From Candidatus Krumholzibacteriia bacterium (lineage in GTDB: Bacteria > Krumholzibacteriota > Krumholzibacteriia > WVZY01), in assembly GCA_046754105.1 (NCBI GenBank), contig JBHHVD010000053.1, forward strand, positions 1-21,636: 21,636 nt of DNA. Direction: 5' to 3'. The position numbers and the translations under genes are program-made. The notes beneath the pieces are model-generated. The model was given only the letters and a program-made list of their open reading frames with translations, was not told the DNA's origin and ran no database searches. Below are positions 1 through 9,676 of this stretch, piece by piece; the stretch's first letter is position 1; each line of letters begins with the position of its first letter.

Positions 1-2
1 TC

Positions 3-1475
3 CGCACGCTCCACATCGACAACGCCGTCCCTCCTTCCTTACAGTTCAATCCCGTGCCCGCGGGGAAGGTGCTCGCCAAGAAGCGCAAGAGGTTCGTGGC
101 CAGCCGCCCCGGCCACGTTGAAGTGCCCCGCGATATCGAAGCGCTGGCGTTCTATTCGGTACGCGACCTCTCGGAACTCATCCGCAGGCGAAAGATCACG
201 TCGACCCGGCTCACGAGGATGTATCTCGACCGGTTGAAAAAATACGGTCCGCGGCTGGAGTGCGTGATCACGCTAACCGAAGACCTGGCCCTCGAACAGG
301 CCCGGAGAGCCGACGAGGAAATCGCCAAGGGAAAATACCGCGGCTACCTGCATGGCATACCGTACGGCGCCAAGGACCTGCTGGCGGTGGAGGGATACAA
401 GACCACGTGGGGCGCCGAACCCTATAAGGAACAGACGATCGGCAGGAACGCCACGGTTATCGAGAAGCTCGAGGAGGCGGGTGCCGTGCTCGTTGCCAAA
501 CTGACCTTGGGCGCGCTGGCGTGGGGGGATGTGTGGTACGGAGGGATGACCCGCAACCCGTGGAACCTCGAGCAGGGATCGAGCGGATCTTCCGCGGGAT
601 CCGCGTCGGCCACGGCGGCGGGGCTGGTGGCATTCGCCATCGGTACCGAAACGTGGGGCTCCATCGTTTCCCCGTCGACCCGATGCGGCACCACGGGGTT
701 GCGGCCGACCTACGGTCGGGTCAGCAGGGCCGGTGCAATGGCACTCAGCTGGTCCATGGACAAGATCGGGCCGATTTGCCGGACGGTTGAGGACTGTGCC
801 CTGGTATTCGATGCGATCATAGGCGCCGACGGCCTGGACCAGACAGTCGTCGATCTTCCGTTCAACTACAATCCGCAAGTGAAGCTCAGAAAACTGCGTG
901 TCGGTTACCTGGAAAAATCGTTCGGCGGGGACTACCCGTTCAAAGACACCGACGCCGCAACGCTCGAGGCGCTTCGCGCACTCGGCGCGAACCTGGTCCC
1001 CATCGAGTTGCCCGATTACCCGGTAGAGGCACTGGGTTACATTCTGAGCGCCGAGGCCGCCGCGGCGTTCGACGAACTCACGCGCTCGAACCGGGATGAC
1101 CTGATGGTGCGTCAAATCAAGAACGCCTGGCCCAACGTGTTCCGCTCGTCGCGCTTCATTCCGGCGGTGGAGTACATCCAGGCCAATCGTCTCCGCTATA
1201 CGATCATACAAGAGATGGAGAAGATCATGACCGGCGTCGACGTCTACGTCTCCCCGTCCTTTGAGGGCAACAACCTGCTGTTGACCAATCTGACCGGTCA
1301 CCCGTGCGTCGTGCTGCCCAATGGCTTCAACGAAGAGGGAAGCCCCGTCAGCATAACTTTCATCGGAAGACTCTTCGACGAGGCGAAGCTCCTTGCCGTC
1401 GCCAAGGCCTATCAGGACGCGAGCGGATTCCATAAGAAGCACCCGCCGCTCTTCCAGGCAGAAAACCAGCGTTGA
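3..1475 (+). CDS. Amidase signature family enzyme (GatA-like amidase), 5'-truncated by the window edge
   Basis: The frame is open from base 3 (RTLHIDNAVPPSLQFNPVPAG...). Ser-cisSer-Lys triad motifs are present: GIPYGAKDL, GSSGSSAGSA and GTETWGSIVSPS, plus GLRPTYGRVSR. No gatB follows, so it is called a general amidase rather than GatA. Confidence 0.9.
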   Translation, partial: RTLHIDNAVPPSLQFNPVPAGKVLAKKRKRFVASRPGHVEVPRDIEALAFYSVRDLSELIRRRKITSTRLTRMYLDRLKKYGPRLECVITLTEDLALEQARRADEEIAKGKYRGYLHGIPYGAKDLLAVEGYKTTWGAEPYKEQTIGRNATVIEKLEEAGAVLVAKLTLGALAWGDVWYGGMTRNPWNLEQGSSGSSAGSASATAAGLVAFAIGTETWGSIVSPSTRCGTTGLRPTYGRVSRAGAMALSWSMDKIGPICRTVEDCALVFDAIIGADGLDQTVVDLPFNYNPQVKLRKLRVGYLEKSFGGDYPFKDTDAATLEALRALGANLVPIELPDYPVEALGYILSAEAAAAFDELTRSNRDDLMVRQIKNAWPNVFRSSRFIPAVEYIQANRLRYTIIQEMEKIMTGVDVYVSPSFEGNNLLLTNLTGHPCVVLPNGFNEEGSPVSITFIGRLFDEAKLLAVAKAYQDASGFHKKHPPLFQAENQR

Positions 1476-1725
1476 CTTGCCATAGACAACGGGTCTGTGC
1501 GGGCGTGCCGGGCGGACCCGGCGGGACAGGTTCCCGGCGAGTCATGGTTGGGAGTGGGGAAATCCCCGGGGCGAGGTGCCGCTTGGATTCGGCCCGGAGG
1601 CTATGCTAGTGTCGTATCCCTGAAGTTCGTTTGCCATCGGCGCAACGAACTTCCGGAACGGGATACCGCACGGCCGTTTCACATGGGCCGCCAAACGCCC
1701 ACTGCACATAGAAGAAGGAGTGTGG

Positions 1726-3108
1726 ATGCGGGAGAAGTTGGGAAGCGAAGAACGCCCGCTGAGAGTCGCCGTCATCGGTAGTGGTCCGGCCGGATTCTAC
1801 GCGGCGGAAGCGCTGCTCGGCGCAGGTGTCGTCGTGGATGTGGATATGTACGACCGGCTGCCCGCGCCCTTTGGGCTCGTTCGCTACGGCGTAGCACCCG
1901 ATCACGAGAATATCAAGAAGGTCATCAAGGTCTACGAGCGTACCGCGGCACATGCCGGCTACGCCTTTTTCGGAAACGTACGGGTCGGTGAGGATGTCAC
2001 GGTAGAGGAACTGCGCGTCCATTACGACGCCATCATCTTCGCGTGCGGTGCCGCAACGGACCGGCGACTCGGCATCGACGGCGAGGACCTGACCGGCAGT
2101 TACACGGCGACCGAGTTCGTCGCGTGGTACAACGGACATCCCGAATACGCGGATCGGTCTTTCGATCTTTCGCATGAGGTCGCTGTGGTCATCGGTCAGG
2201 GAAACGTGGCTGTCGACGTCGCGCGGATCCTCTGTAAGACAACCGATGAACTGAAACACACAGACATCGCCGCGCACGCGCTGGACGCGCTGGCGAAGAG
2301 CGCGATCCGGGAGGTTCATCTCGTCGGCAGGCGCGGACCGGTGCAAGCGGCATTCACCCCGTCCGAAATCAAGGAGTTCGGTAGCCTCGCGGACTGCGAC
2401 CCGGTGCTAACGCCGGCAGACCTCGAGTTGAACCCGGAGAGTCAGGCCGAACTCGACAACCCGCGCGGTGGGCAGGCGCGAAAGAACTACGAGATCTTGC
2501 GCGAGTTCGCGGAGCGGCCGGCGCCGCGCAAGTCGAGGCGGCTCGTGGTGCATTTCCTCGAGAGCCCGGTGGCGATCGTCGGCGAAGAGCGGGTCGAGCG
2601 GATTGTCCTGGAAAAGAACCGCCTGCACGGGCCTTCCGGCGGGCAGAAGGCGGCGGGCACGGGCGTGCGGAGCGAGCTCGCATGCGGCGCGTTCTTTCGC
2701 AGCGTTGGCTACCGGGGTATTCCGATGCCCGGGGTGCCGTTCGACGAAAAGCGCGGCATCTTTCCAAACAGCGACGGGCGTATCACGGACAACGGACAGA
2801 CCATTGGAGGTCTCTACACTACAGGCTGGATCAAGCGCGGGCCGTCCGGGGTCATCGGCACCAACAAGCCCGACGGGATCGAGACGGTCAAGAGCCTGCT
2901 AGCAGACCTGGGTGAGCTCGTGCCGTGCGCGAAACCAGATCGCGGCGCCGTATTGTCGCTGCTTGCCGGCAAGGATGTCAATGTGGTCGGATACGGAGAC
3001 TGGCAGCGCATCGACGCAGCCGAAATAGAACGGGGAAGAGCGCGCGGCAAGCCGAGGGAAAAATTCGTCACCATCGACGCCATGATCGCCGCCGCCGGCC
3101 TGGGATAA
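1726..3108 (+). CDS. Ferredoxin/adrenodoxin-type NADP+ reductase (FprA-like FAD-dependent oxidoreductase)
   Basis: FAD motif [37 protein letters not shown] motif [14 protein letters not shown] and [19 protein letters not shown] at 1716-1720 favours ATG 1726 over GTG 1720. No fused ferredoxin domain. Confidence 0.92.
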   Translation: MREKLGSEERPLRVAVIGSGPAGFYAAEALLGAGVVVDVDMYDRLPAPFGLVRYGVAPDHENIKKVIKVYERTAAHAGYAFFGNVRVGEDVTVEELRVHYDAIIFACGAATDRRLGIDGEDLTGSYTATEFVAWYNGHPEYADRSFDLSHEVAVVIGQGNVAVDVARILCKTTDELKHTDIAAHALDALAKSAIREVHLVGRRGPVQAAFTPSEIKEFGSLADCDPVLTPADLELNPESQAELDNPRGGQARKNYEILREFAERPAPRKSRRLVVHFLESPVAIVGEERVERIVLEKNRLHGPSGGQKAAGTGVRSELACGAFFRSVGYRGIPMPGVPFDEKRGIFPNSDGRITDNGQTIGGLYTTGWIKRGPSGVIGTNKPDGIETVKSLLADLGELVPCAKPDRGAVLSLLAGKDVNVVGYGDWQRIDAAEIERGRARGKPREKFVTIDAMIAAAGLG

Positions 3109-3129
3109 CCCGCAACAGAAGGAGAAGAA

Positions 3130-4572
3130 TTGAGAGGCCTCAAGCGCATCCAGATCCCGCACGTGTTCGCCCTCCTTACCGCCGTGATCCTGATCTGCAG
3201 TATCTTCACGTACGTGATCCCTTCTGGCACCTACACGCGCGAGAGCCGGACCTACGGCTCGTTAACCCGGACCGTGGTCATTCCCGGCACGTTCGACAAG
3301 CTGCCCCGGCACGTGACGGCGAAGGGTGTCTTGTCCGGCGACCACGCCGACGGCAAGGCGTCGCCGGTGAGTATTCTCGGGTTTCTGAGCGCGATCCCGA
3401 GGGGTATGGAAGGCGCCGCGGACATCATTTTCTTTATATTCATTATAGGCGGTGTCTTCGGGATCCTGCAGCGTACAGGAACGATTAACGCGCTGCTGCA
3501 CGGTCTGCTGGAAAAGTATTCGCGATCCGGGCCGCTGCTGACCGTCATCCTGATGGTGGCGATCGGTATCGGTGGGTCGACGCTGGGAATGGGGGAGGAA
3601 TTCATACCGTTGGTGCCGGTGTTCTTGATCGTCTCCAAGGAGTTGGGATACGATCGCATCTATGGCCTGGCGCTCGTGATGCTCGCCGCTGACATGGGGT
3701 TCGCCGCGGCGACGACCAACCCCTTCACAGTGCAGATCGCACAGGGAATAGCCGAGCTGCCGCTCGGCAGCGGCATCCAGCTGCGGATGGTTTTCTTCGC
3801 GTTGTGCATGGCTTGGACGATCGCTTACGTGCTGCGCTACGGTGCGAAGATCAAGAAAGACCCGTCCGCGTCGGTGATGGCGGGCGACAGTTTTTCGCTG
3901 CCCGACTACGACCTCGAGAGGCAAAAGGTGGGACCGTCGCACGTGGCGATCGTCGTCAGCTGCGCGGCGATCTTCGCGTTCATTCTCTACGCGGTACAGA
4001 AAATGGGGTGGTGGCTGCCCGAGATGGCCGGGGGTTTTCTGCTCATGGGATTTGTCGCCACCGGTATATCGCGCATCGGGGTGTCGGAGGCGACGAAGGC
4101 GTTCGTCAAGGGAACCGAGGAAATGGTTGTGGCCGCGCTGGTGGTGGGGTTCGCCCGCGCCATCCAGGTGGTGCTGGTGGATGGGCAGATCATGGACACG
4201 TTGATATTTTCGGCGGCGACGGTTCTGAGAAGCTTTCCCAACGTGGTCGCCGCAGAAGGAATGTTGGTGTTTCAAACCTTCCTCAACTTCTTCATACCGT
4301 CGGGCTCCGGGCAGGCGGCGGTAACGATGCCGCTCATGGCACCCCTTGCCGACGTACTCGGCCTGACGAGGCAGACGGCGGTGCTGGCGTTTACCTGCGG
4401 CGACGGGTTCTCGAACACGATCATACCGACTTCCGGAGTGCTCATGGCGATGTTGAGCCTGGCCGGGATCCCGTATCAAAAGTGGGTGCGCTTCGTGCTG
4501 CCGTTGTTCTTGCAACTGATCGTGTTGTCGGGAATCTTCCTGGCGATCGCCGTCTGGATCAACTACCAGTAA
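3130..4572 (+). CDS. YfcC-family membrane transporter (C4-dicarboxylate/basic amino acid antiporter family)
   Basis: Many hydrophobic helices. Family motifs IPHVF...TYVIPSGTY, NPFTVQIAQGIAELP, FFIPSGSGQA, MAPLADVLG, GDGFSN and PTSGVLM. TTG start with AAGGAG at 3119-3124. Confidence 0.9.
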   Translation: MRGLKRIQIPHVFALLTAVILICSIFTYVIPSGTYTRESRTYGSLTRTVVIPGTFDKLPRHVTAKGVLSGDHADGKASPVSILGFLSAIPRGMEGAADIIFFIFIIGGVFGILQRTGTINALLHGLLEKYSRSGPLLTVILMVAIGIGGSTLGMGEEFIPLVPVFLIVSKELGYDRIYGLALVMLAADMGFAAATTNPFTVQIAQGIAELPLGSGIQLRMVFFALCMAWTIAYVLRYGAKIKKDPSASVMAGDSFSLPDYDLERQKVGPSHVAIVVSCAAIFAFILYAVQKMGWWLPEMAGGFLLMGFVATGISRIGVSEATKAFVKGTEEMVVAALVVGFARAIQVVLVDGQIMDTLIFSAATVLRSFPNVVAAEGMLVFQTFLNFFIPSGSGQAAVTMPLMAPLADVLGLTRQTAVLAFTCGDGFSNTIIPTSGVLMAMLSLAGIPYQKWVRFVLPLFLQLIVLSGIFLAIAVWINYQ

Positions 4573-4604
4573 TGCGAGAGTTTGAGACGCAGAAGGGAGC
4601 TTCA

Positions 4605-6461
4605 ATGCTGAGAGTCGTTCTCCTTGTGTGCGCGCTGGCGCTGCAGGGGTGCGGGTCCCGTCCGGCGGGCGTAAGGGTTGAAAACCACTCTTTCGCCAGA
4701 CCGGACGAGGTGGTCGTGGAGCACATCGATCTCGACCTCACGGTCGATTTCGAGAATAGACGCATCAGCGGCCATGCGAGCCTGCGCATCGTGAACAAAA
4801 GGGGCGCCCGGCGGCTCGACCTGGACACGCGTTCGCTGAACATCAACAAGGTCACGTTGGGAGATGGCCGCGAGACACGCTTCGTCCTGGGGGACGAAGT
4901 CGGCGTCGTCGGCAGGCCGCTCACCGTGGACATTCTTCCGGAGACGAAGGTCGTAAACGTGTTTTACGAGACGACCGACGGCGCGACGGGACTCGATTGG
5001 CTCTCTCCGGCGCAAACCGCGGGTGGCGAGAGGCCGTTTCTCTTCACGCAGGGACAGGCGATCCTCAACCGTACGTGGATACCGTGCCAGGACCATCCGG
5101 GTGTGCGGGTAACTTACAACGCGCGCATCACCACCCCCCCCGGCGTCATGGCGGTGATGAGTTCACGCAACGGCACGACAAAACGCGCCGACGGCGTCTA
5201 CGAATTCTCGATGCCGCAACCGATCCCCGCCTACCTCATCGCGCTGGCCGTGGGCGACCTGGAATTTCGGGAAATCAGCGAACGGTGCGGCGTCTACGCG
5301 GAGCCGTCCCTCGTCGAACAGGCTGCTTGGGAGTTCGCGGATACCGAGGCCATGATCCAGACGGCGGAGGCGCTCTACGGACCGTACCGCTGGGAGCGCT
5401 ACGATATCATCGTGCTGCCGCCGAGTTTTCCGTACGGAGGAATGGAGAATCCGCGGCTTTCGTTCGTCACCCCGGTCCTGCTCGCCGGCGACCGCTCGCT
5501 GGTGTCGACGATCGCGCACGAGCTGGCGCACTCGTGGTCGGGTAACCTCGTGACGAATGCCACCTGGAACGATTTCTGGCTCAACGAGGGATTCACCACC
5601 TACTTCGAGCTTCGCATCCTGGAAGCGCTCTACGGGACCGAGCGCATGGAACTGCAGGCGTTGCTCGGCTACGAGGAGCTGCGGGCGGCGATCTCGGAGC
5701 TCGGGGCCGACAACCCGGACACACGCCTGCGCCTGGATATCTCGCAGGGTGACCCCGACGAGGGACTGAGCACCGTCGCCTATGAAAAGGGGTACCTGTT
5801 CCTGCGCCTGCTGGAGGAAACTGTGGGACGCGAAAAGTGGGATGCCTTCTTGCGGGGGTATTTCGATCACTTTGCCTTTCAGAGTATGACTACCGGTGCG
5901 TTCCTCGATTACATGCGCGAGCGGCTCTTCGCCAGCGATCCCGGGCTGGAGCGCCGGGTGCGAGTCGAAGAATGGGTCTACGGCACCGGCATCCCGGACA
6001 ACCACCCGGTGCTGCGCTCGTCCGCCTTCGAGCACGTCAAGGCACAGATACGGGCCTTTGAGACGGGGACCGCGCCCGCGGCGCTGGAGACCGCCGGCTG
6101 GTCGACTCAGGAATGGAAACTTTTCATAAAGGGCCTGCCGGACGATATGAGTGCCGATCAGATGCGGGCGCTCGACGAGCATTTTGACTTTACCGGCGGT
6201 ACCAACGCGGAGCTCCTGCAGGTGTGGTTTCTGCACGGGATCGAAAGCCGCTACCGGCCCGTGTACCCGCGACTCGAGGACTACCTGACCGGTATCGGGA
6301 GGATCTGGCTCATCTCGCCCCTGTACCGCAAGCTGGCAGAGTCCCCGGAAGGACTGGAGATGGCGAAACAGATCTATCGCAAGGCGCGCCCCGGCTACCA
6401 TGCTCTTACCGCCGCGATCATGGACAAGGTCGTAGGTTGGAAGAAGCCGGAGCAGCGCTAG
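4605..6461 (+). CDS. M1-family zinc aminopeptidase, leukotriene A4 hydrolase-like, predicted lipoprotein
   Basis: PPSFPYGGMENP exopeptidase motif, HELAH...NEG (HExxH-x18-E) and catalytic Tyr in AYEKG. The start at ATG 4605 (AAGGGAG upstream) gives signal MLRVVLLVCALALQG-C with lipobox LQGC. An alternative ATG at 4572 overlaps the yfcC stop (TAATG). Confidence 0.93.
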   Translation: MLRVVLLVCALALQGCGSRPAGVRVENHSFARPDEVVVEHIDLDLTVDFENRRISGHASLRIVNKRGARRLDLDTRSLNINKVTLGDGRETRFVLGDEVGVVGRPLTVDILPETKVVNVFYETTDGATGLDWLSPAQTAGGERPFLFTQGQAILNRTWIPCQDHPGVRVTYNARITTPPGVMAVMSSRNGTTKRADGVYEFSMPQPIPAYLIALAVGDLEFREISERCGVYAEPSLVEQAAWEFADTEAMIQTAEALYGPYRWERYDIIVLPPSFPYGGMENPRLSFVTPVLLAGDRSLVSTIAHELAHSWSGNLVTNATWNDFWLNEGFTTYFELRILEALYGTERMELQALLGYEELRAAISELGADNPDTRLRLDISQGDPDEGLSTVAYEKGYLFLRLLEETVGREKWDAFLRGYFDHFAFQSMTTGAFLDYMRERLFASDPGLERRVRVEEWVYGTGIPDNHPVLRSSAFEHVKAQIRAFETGTAPAALETAGWSTQEWKLFIKGLPDDMSADQMRALDEHFDFTGGTNAELLQVWFLHGIESRYRPVYPRLEDYLTGIGRIWLISPLYRKLAESPEGLEMAKQIYRKARPGYHALTAAIMDKVVGWKKPEQR

Positions 6462-6477
6462 GAAGCCCGCGGGCGCC

Positions 6478-7428
6478 ATGCCGACACGCTTTTCCATACT
6501 TGTATTGCTCGCGCTCGCAGCGGCGACCGTGCCCTGCGGGGGCGCGCGCGGCGAGAAGACAGCAAGGCCGTACGTTCTGGTCCTCGGTGTCGCGCAGGAC
6601 GGCGGAGCTCCGCAGGCAGGGGACAAGGATCATCCCGGCTGGTCCGACGCGCGCTTCCGGCGTCGCGTGAGCTGTCTTGCCATCGTCGATCCGGCGCGGT
6701 CGCGCAGGTGGATGATCGATTGCACTCCGGATTTCAGGGAGCAGCTACAAGCCCTCGACCGCGTGGCGCCGGTGGAGGGCACTCCCGGGCTCGGGGGGAT
6801 TTTTCTGACCCACGCGCACATGGGGCACTACACGGGTCTCATGTTTCTGGGGCACGAATCGATGGGCTCGCGCGCGGTCGCCGTGTACACGCTGCCGCGA
6901 ATGCGGGCGTTTCTCGAGGGAAGCGGGCCGTGGAGCCAGCTCGTGCGCTACGAGAATATCCGGTTGAACACGCTCTTCGACGGTGAAGCGGTCGACCTCG
7001 GCGATCGGCTCAGCGTCACGGCTTTCACCGTACCGCACCGGCAGGAGTATTCCGAAGTGGCGGGCTATCGTGTTGAAGGGCCGGAGCGCGCCGTGCTGTT
7101 CATCCCGGACATCGACCGCTGGGAAGACTGGGACGCGGAGGGCACGCGAATCGAGGAACTGATTGCCGGCGTGGACGTCGCCTACCTGGACGGCACTTTT
7201 TATGCAAACGGCGAGATCCCCGGCCGCGACATGTCGACATTTCCCCATCCGTTTATTACACACAGCATGCAACGTTTCGCGATCCTGCCGCGGAAAGAGC
7301 GCAAGAAAATACGCTTCATACATCTGAATCACACGAACCCCGCGCTCGAAAGCGGTAGTGAGGCGCGCCGCACGATCGAGCGCAACGGATTCCGAGTCGC
7401 CGAGGAAATGGAACGCGTCGACCTGTAG
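6478..7428 (+). CDS. Secreted metallo-beta-lactamase-fold hydrolase, PqqB-like
   Basis: VLGVAQDGGAPQ, IDCTPD, FLTHAHMGHY, VPHR, FIPDID, DGTFY and IHLNHTNP motifs. Hydrophobic N-terminal signal peptide. Confidence 0.85.
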   Translation: MPTRFSILVLLALAAATVPCGGARGEKTARPYVLVLGVAQDGGAPQAGDKDHPGWSDARFRRRVSCLAIVDPARSRRWMIDCTPDFREQLQALDRVAPVEGTPGLGGIFLTHAHMGHYTGLMFLGHESMGSRAVAVYTLPRMRAFLEGSGPWSQLVRYENIRLNTLFDGEAVDLGDRLSVTAFTVPHRQEYSEVAGYRVEGPERAVLFIPDIDRWEDWDAEGTRIEELIAGVDVAYLDGTFYANGEIPGRDMSTFPHPFITHSMQRFAILPRKERKKIRFIHLNHTNPALESGSEARRTIERNGFRVAEEMERVDL

Positions 7429-7437
7429 GGTGGCGGG

Positions 7438-7460
7438 CGGCGGCGTGTTACCCGCCGCCG
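7438..7460. terminator. Possible hairpin terminator between the convergent MBL and acyl-CoA synthetase genes
   Basis: 8-bp inverted repeat CGGCGGCG (7438-7445) / CGCCGCCG (7453-7460) with a 7-nt loop spanning the minus-strand stop. There is no U-tract, and such stems are common by chance in high-GC DNA. Confidence 0.3.
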
Positions 7461-9496
7461 GACGCCGTGTATCGATCCCGCAGGACCCGGCGCATGACCT
7501 TGTTGGAAGCGGTTCGCGGGAGCGCGTCGATTCGCACAACGTCGTGCACCCGGAAGAGGGGATTGAGGCCGCTGGAAATCGCCTTCTGCATCGCCCCGAT
7601 CAGGGCGTCGTTCTTTACGTCGGCGCCGGTTTCGGGCACGGCGTAGACCACGAGCAGGCTGGGCCCGCCCCCGGGCGGCGATACCGCAATCGCCGCGACT
7701 TCCACAATGCCGGCTACCGTACCCGCCACGCGTTCGAGCTCCGCGGCGCTGATCTTGATGCCGCCGAGATTCATCGTGTCGTCCGCCCGTCCGTGGGCCT
7801 GGTAATAGCCGCCGCCGAGCCGTTCCATCTGATCGCCGTGCCGCCGCAGTAGTTCGCCGTTGGGGCCGGTGGGGGTCCCCGCGTAGTAGACCTCGTGGTG
7901 GTCGCGGTTGAGCAGTTCGAGCGAGAGGCCGATCGATGGCGGTACGAGAAATATCTCGCCGTTGCGAGCGGGACGCCCGTCACCGTCGAGGACGACCATG
8001 TCCAATCCAAAGGCTATGGTCGAGAACGTCGCCGGGGACGCGGCCTGGACCACGGTGCCCGTAATGTACCCGCCGCCGATCTCGGTGCCGCCGCAGTACT
8101 CGATAACGGGGCGGTACCCCGCCAGCGACATCAGGTAGAGCATGTCTTCCGCGCCGGACGCCTCCCCCGTGGAGCTGAACGCCTTGATCGAGGTCCAGTC
8201 GAGGCCTTCCACGACACCCGTGCTTCGCCACGCCTTGACCAGGCTCGGTACCACGCCGAGCATGTTTACCTTCGCCTCGGCAACGAAGCGGCAAAACTCG
8301 GCCGTGTTGGGAGCCCCGTAGTAGAGCGCGATGGTGCCGCGGTTTATCAGGGTCGCGTAGATCAGCCACGGCCCCATCATCCACCCCAGGTTGGTCGGCC
8401 AGGCGACCACGTCGCCCGGTTTGATATCGTGGTGCAGGTAACCGTCCATCGCGCACTTGATGGGCGTGGCGTGCGTCCAAGGGATGGCCTTCGGCTCGCC
8501 GGTCGTACCGGAGGAGAACAGGATGTTGGTCACGTCCCCGGGGTTGCAGGGCACCGAGCCGAACGATTCGTTGTCACTGAGGAACTCGTTCCAGGCGTGG
8601 TCGCCATCGCGAAGGGACACTTCCGCGCCGTCGCGGGTGGTGACGACGATCGCCGTCGGCGCCCCGGCGTCTATTACTTTCTGGTACATGGGCAGTTCCT
8701 TGCCTGCACGCAGCGTTACGTCCTGGGTGACGACTCCCCTGGCGTTGGAAAGACGAAGACGGGTCCCGATTTCATCCGCGGCAAAACTATCGGCGACGGA
8801 GACGACGACACAGCCGGCCTTGACGATGCCGAGGTAGGCGGCCACAGCCTCCAACGTCATCGGCATGGCGATGGCGACGGCGTCCCCGGTCTTGAAACCG
8901 GTAGACAGGAGCGAATTGGCCACACGGTTGGAGAGGCGGTCGAGTCCGTCGTACGTCATGCGCCGGGTCTCTCCACCTTCCGCCCGGTAGATGACGGCAT
9001 CTTCGTCCCCACGCGCCCGGAAGCAGCTGGCCGCGATGTTCAATCTCGCGCCGGGCAGCCATGCCGGTGATTCGGCGCCGCTCGCCGGGTCGAGCGTTCT
9101 CGCGGGAGCCGCTGCAAAGACGATCCCGAGAGCGCGCACGACGGCCGTCCAGAACGCTTCGCGATCGCGGATCGACCACGAGTGCAGCTCCGGGATGGCG
9201 ATGCCCGCCCGCCGGCAAAAGGAGTCAATATTGGATGTTCGAACCTGTTCCGGGGTCGGAGACCATGCGGGCGGGGGCCCTTGTGAATTATCCCAGTCGC
9301 GGTAGACCGCATCGTGCACGAGGAGGTGCGCGCCGAAGGGAACGGCCGGCGACAAGAAATGCGTGGTGAGATGGCGCCACTGCATGGGGGCGGGCGTTTG
9401 GCCGGTCGTGGCGTCGAGGTAGTCGACGACCGCCCGTGCCTCGGCATCGGCGAGTCCCTCGCGCACCAGGGCTTCAACGGATATTCCACGTTTCAT
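7448..9496 (-). CDS. AMP-forming acyl-CoA synthetase (ANL superfamily), AAE17/AAE18/CsAAE1-like
   Basis: AMP-binding loop ILFSSGTTGEPK, YCGGTEIGG, RHGD, GRADDTMNLGGIK and LPRTASNKVMRR. Start chosen at ATG 9496 (MKRGISVEAL; GAGAG upstream). The ORF-track extension to 9766 runs through the divergent promoter region. Confidence 0.92.
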   Translation of the reverse strand: MKRGISVEALVREGLADAEARAVVDYLDATTGQTPAPMQWRHLTTHFLSPAVPFGAHLLVHDAVYRDWDNSQGPPPAWSPTPEQVRTSNIDSFCRRAGIAIPELHSWSIRDREAFWTAVVRALGIVFAAAPARTLDPASGAESPAWLPGARLNIAASCFRARGDEDAVIYRAEGGETRRMTYDGLDRLSNRVANSLLSTGFKTGDAVAIAMPMTLEAVAAYLGIVKAGCVVVSVADSFAADEIGTRLRLSNARGVVTQDVTLRAGKELPMYQKVIDAGAPTAIVVTTRDGAEVSLRDGDHAWNEFLSDNESFGSVPCNPGDVTNILFSSGTTGEPKAIPWTHATPIKCAMDGYLHHDIKPGDVVAWPTNLGWMMGPWLIYATLINRGTIALYYGAPNTAEFCRFVAEAKVNMLGVVPSLVKAWRSTGVVEGLDWTSIKAFSSTGEASGAEDMLYLMSLAGYRPVIEYCGGTEIGGGYITGTVVQAASPATFSTIAFGLDMVVLDGDGRPARNGEIFLVPPSIGLSLELLNRDHHEVYYAGTPTGPNGELLRRHGDQMERLGGGYYQAHGRADDTMNLGGIKISAAELERVAGTVAGIVEVAAIAVSPPGGGPSLLVVYAVPETGADVKNDALIGAMQKAISSGLNPLFRVHDVVRIDALPRTASNKVMRRVLRDRYTASGGG

Positions 9497-9613
9497 TGTC
9501 AAGGCTCTCGGGGATCGTTGCGCCCCGTCCGTCGCGGATCGGCGGTCGTACCGCCACACTCCGGGGCACGCACTGCCGTCGCCTGCTCTCGGACGCCCAG
9601 GCGACAGGCTGTC

Positions 9614-9641
9614 ATTATAGTATGTTTTGGCGCGCCGGCAA
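9614..9641 (-). promoter_or_regulatory. Sigma70-type promoter candidate for the acyl-CoA synthetase
   Basis: Minus strand TTGCCG (plus 9636-9641), 16-nt spacer, TATAAT (plus ATTATA 9614-9619), about 120 nt upstream of ATG 9496. Confidence 0.55.
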
Positions 9642-9676
9642 ACAGGGGCTTTCGGGATCCGGCCGCGGCGTCGCGA

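Noticed and set aside
3..1475. gatA assignment
   Set aside because: No gatB follows, and the N-terminal extension and motif variants (GSSGSS, GTETWGSI) fit the broader amidase family better.
1540..1725. Cobalamin riboswitch (GGGAGTGGGGAAATCCCC and GCCCACTG look-alikes)
   Set aside because: The conserved elements are incomplete and wrongly spaced, there is no recognisable B12-box end, and the downstream genes are not cobalamin-related. An Rfam scan would settle it.
3804..4571. N-terminal extension of the 885-aa ORF 3804..6461
   Set aside because: It lies wholly within yfcC in another frame and has low-complexity Arg/Gly composition. The RBS and lipoprotein signal point to 4605.
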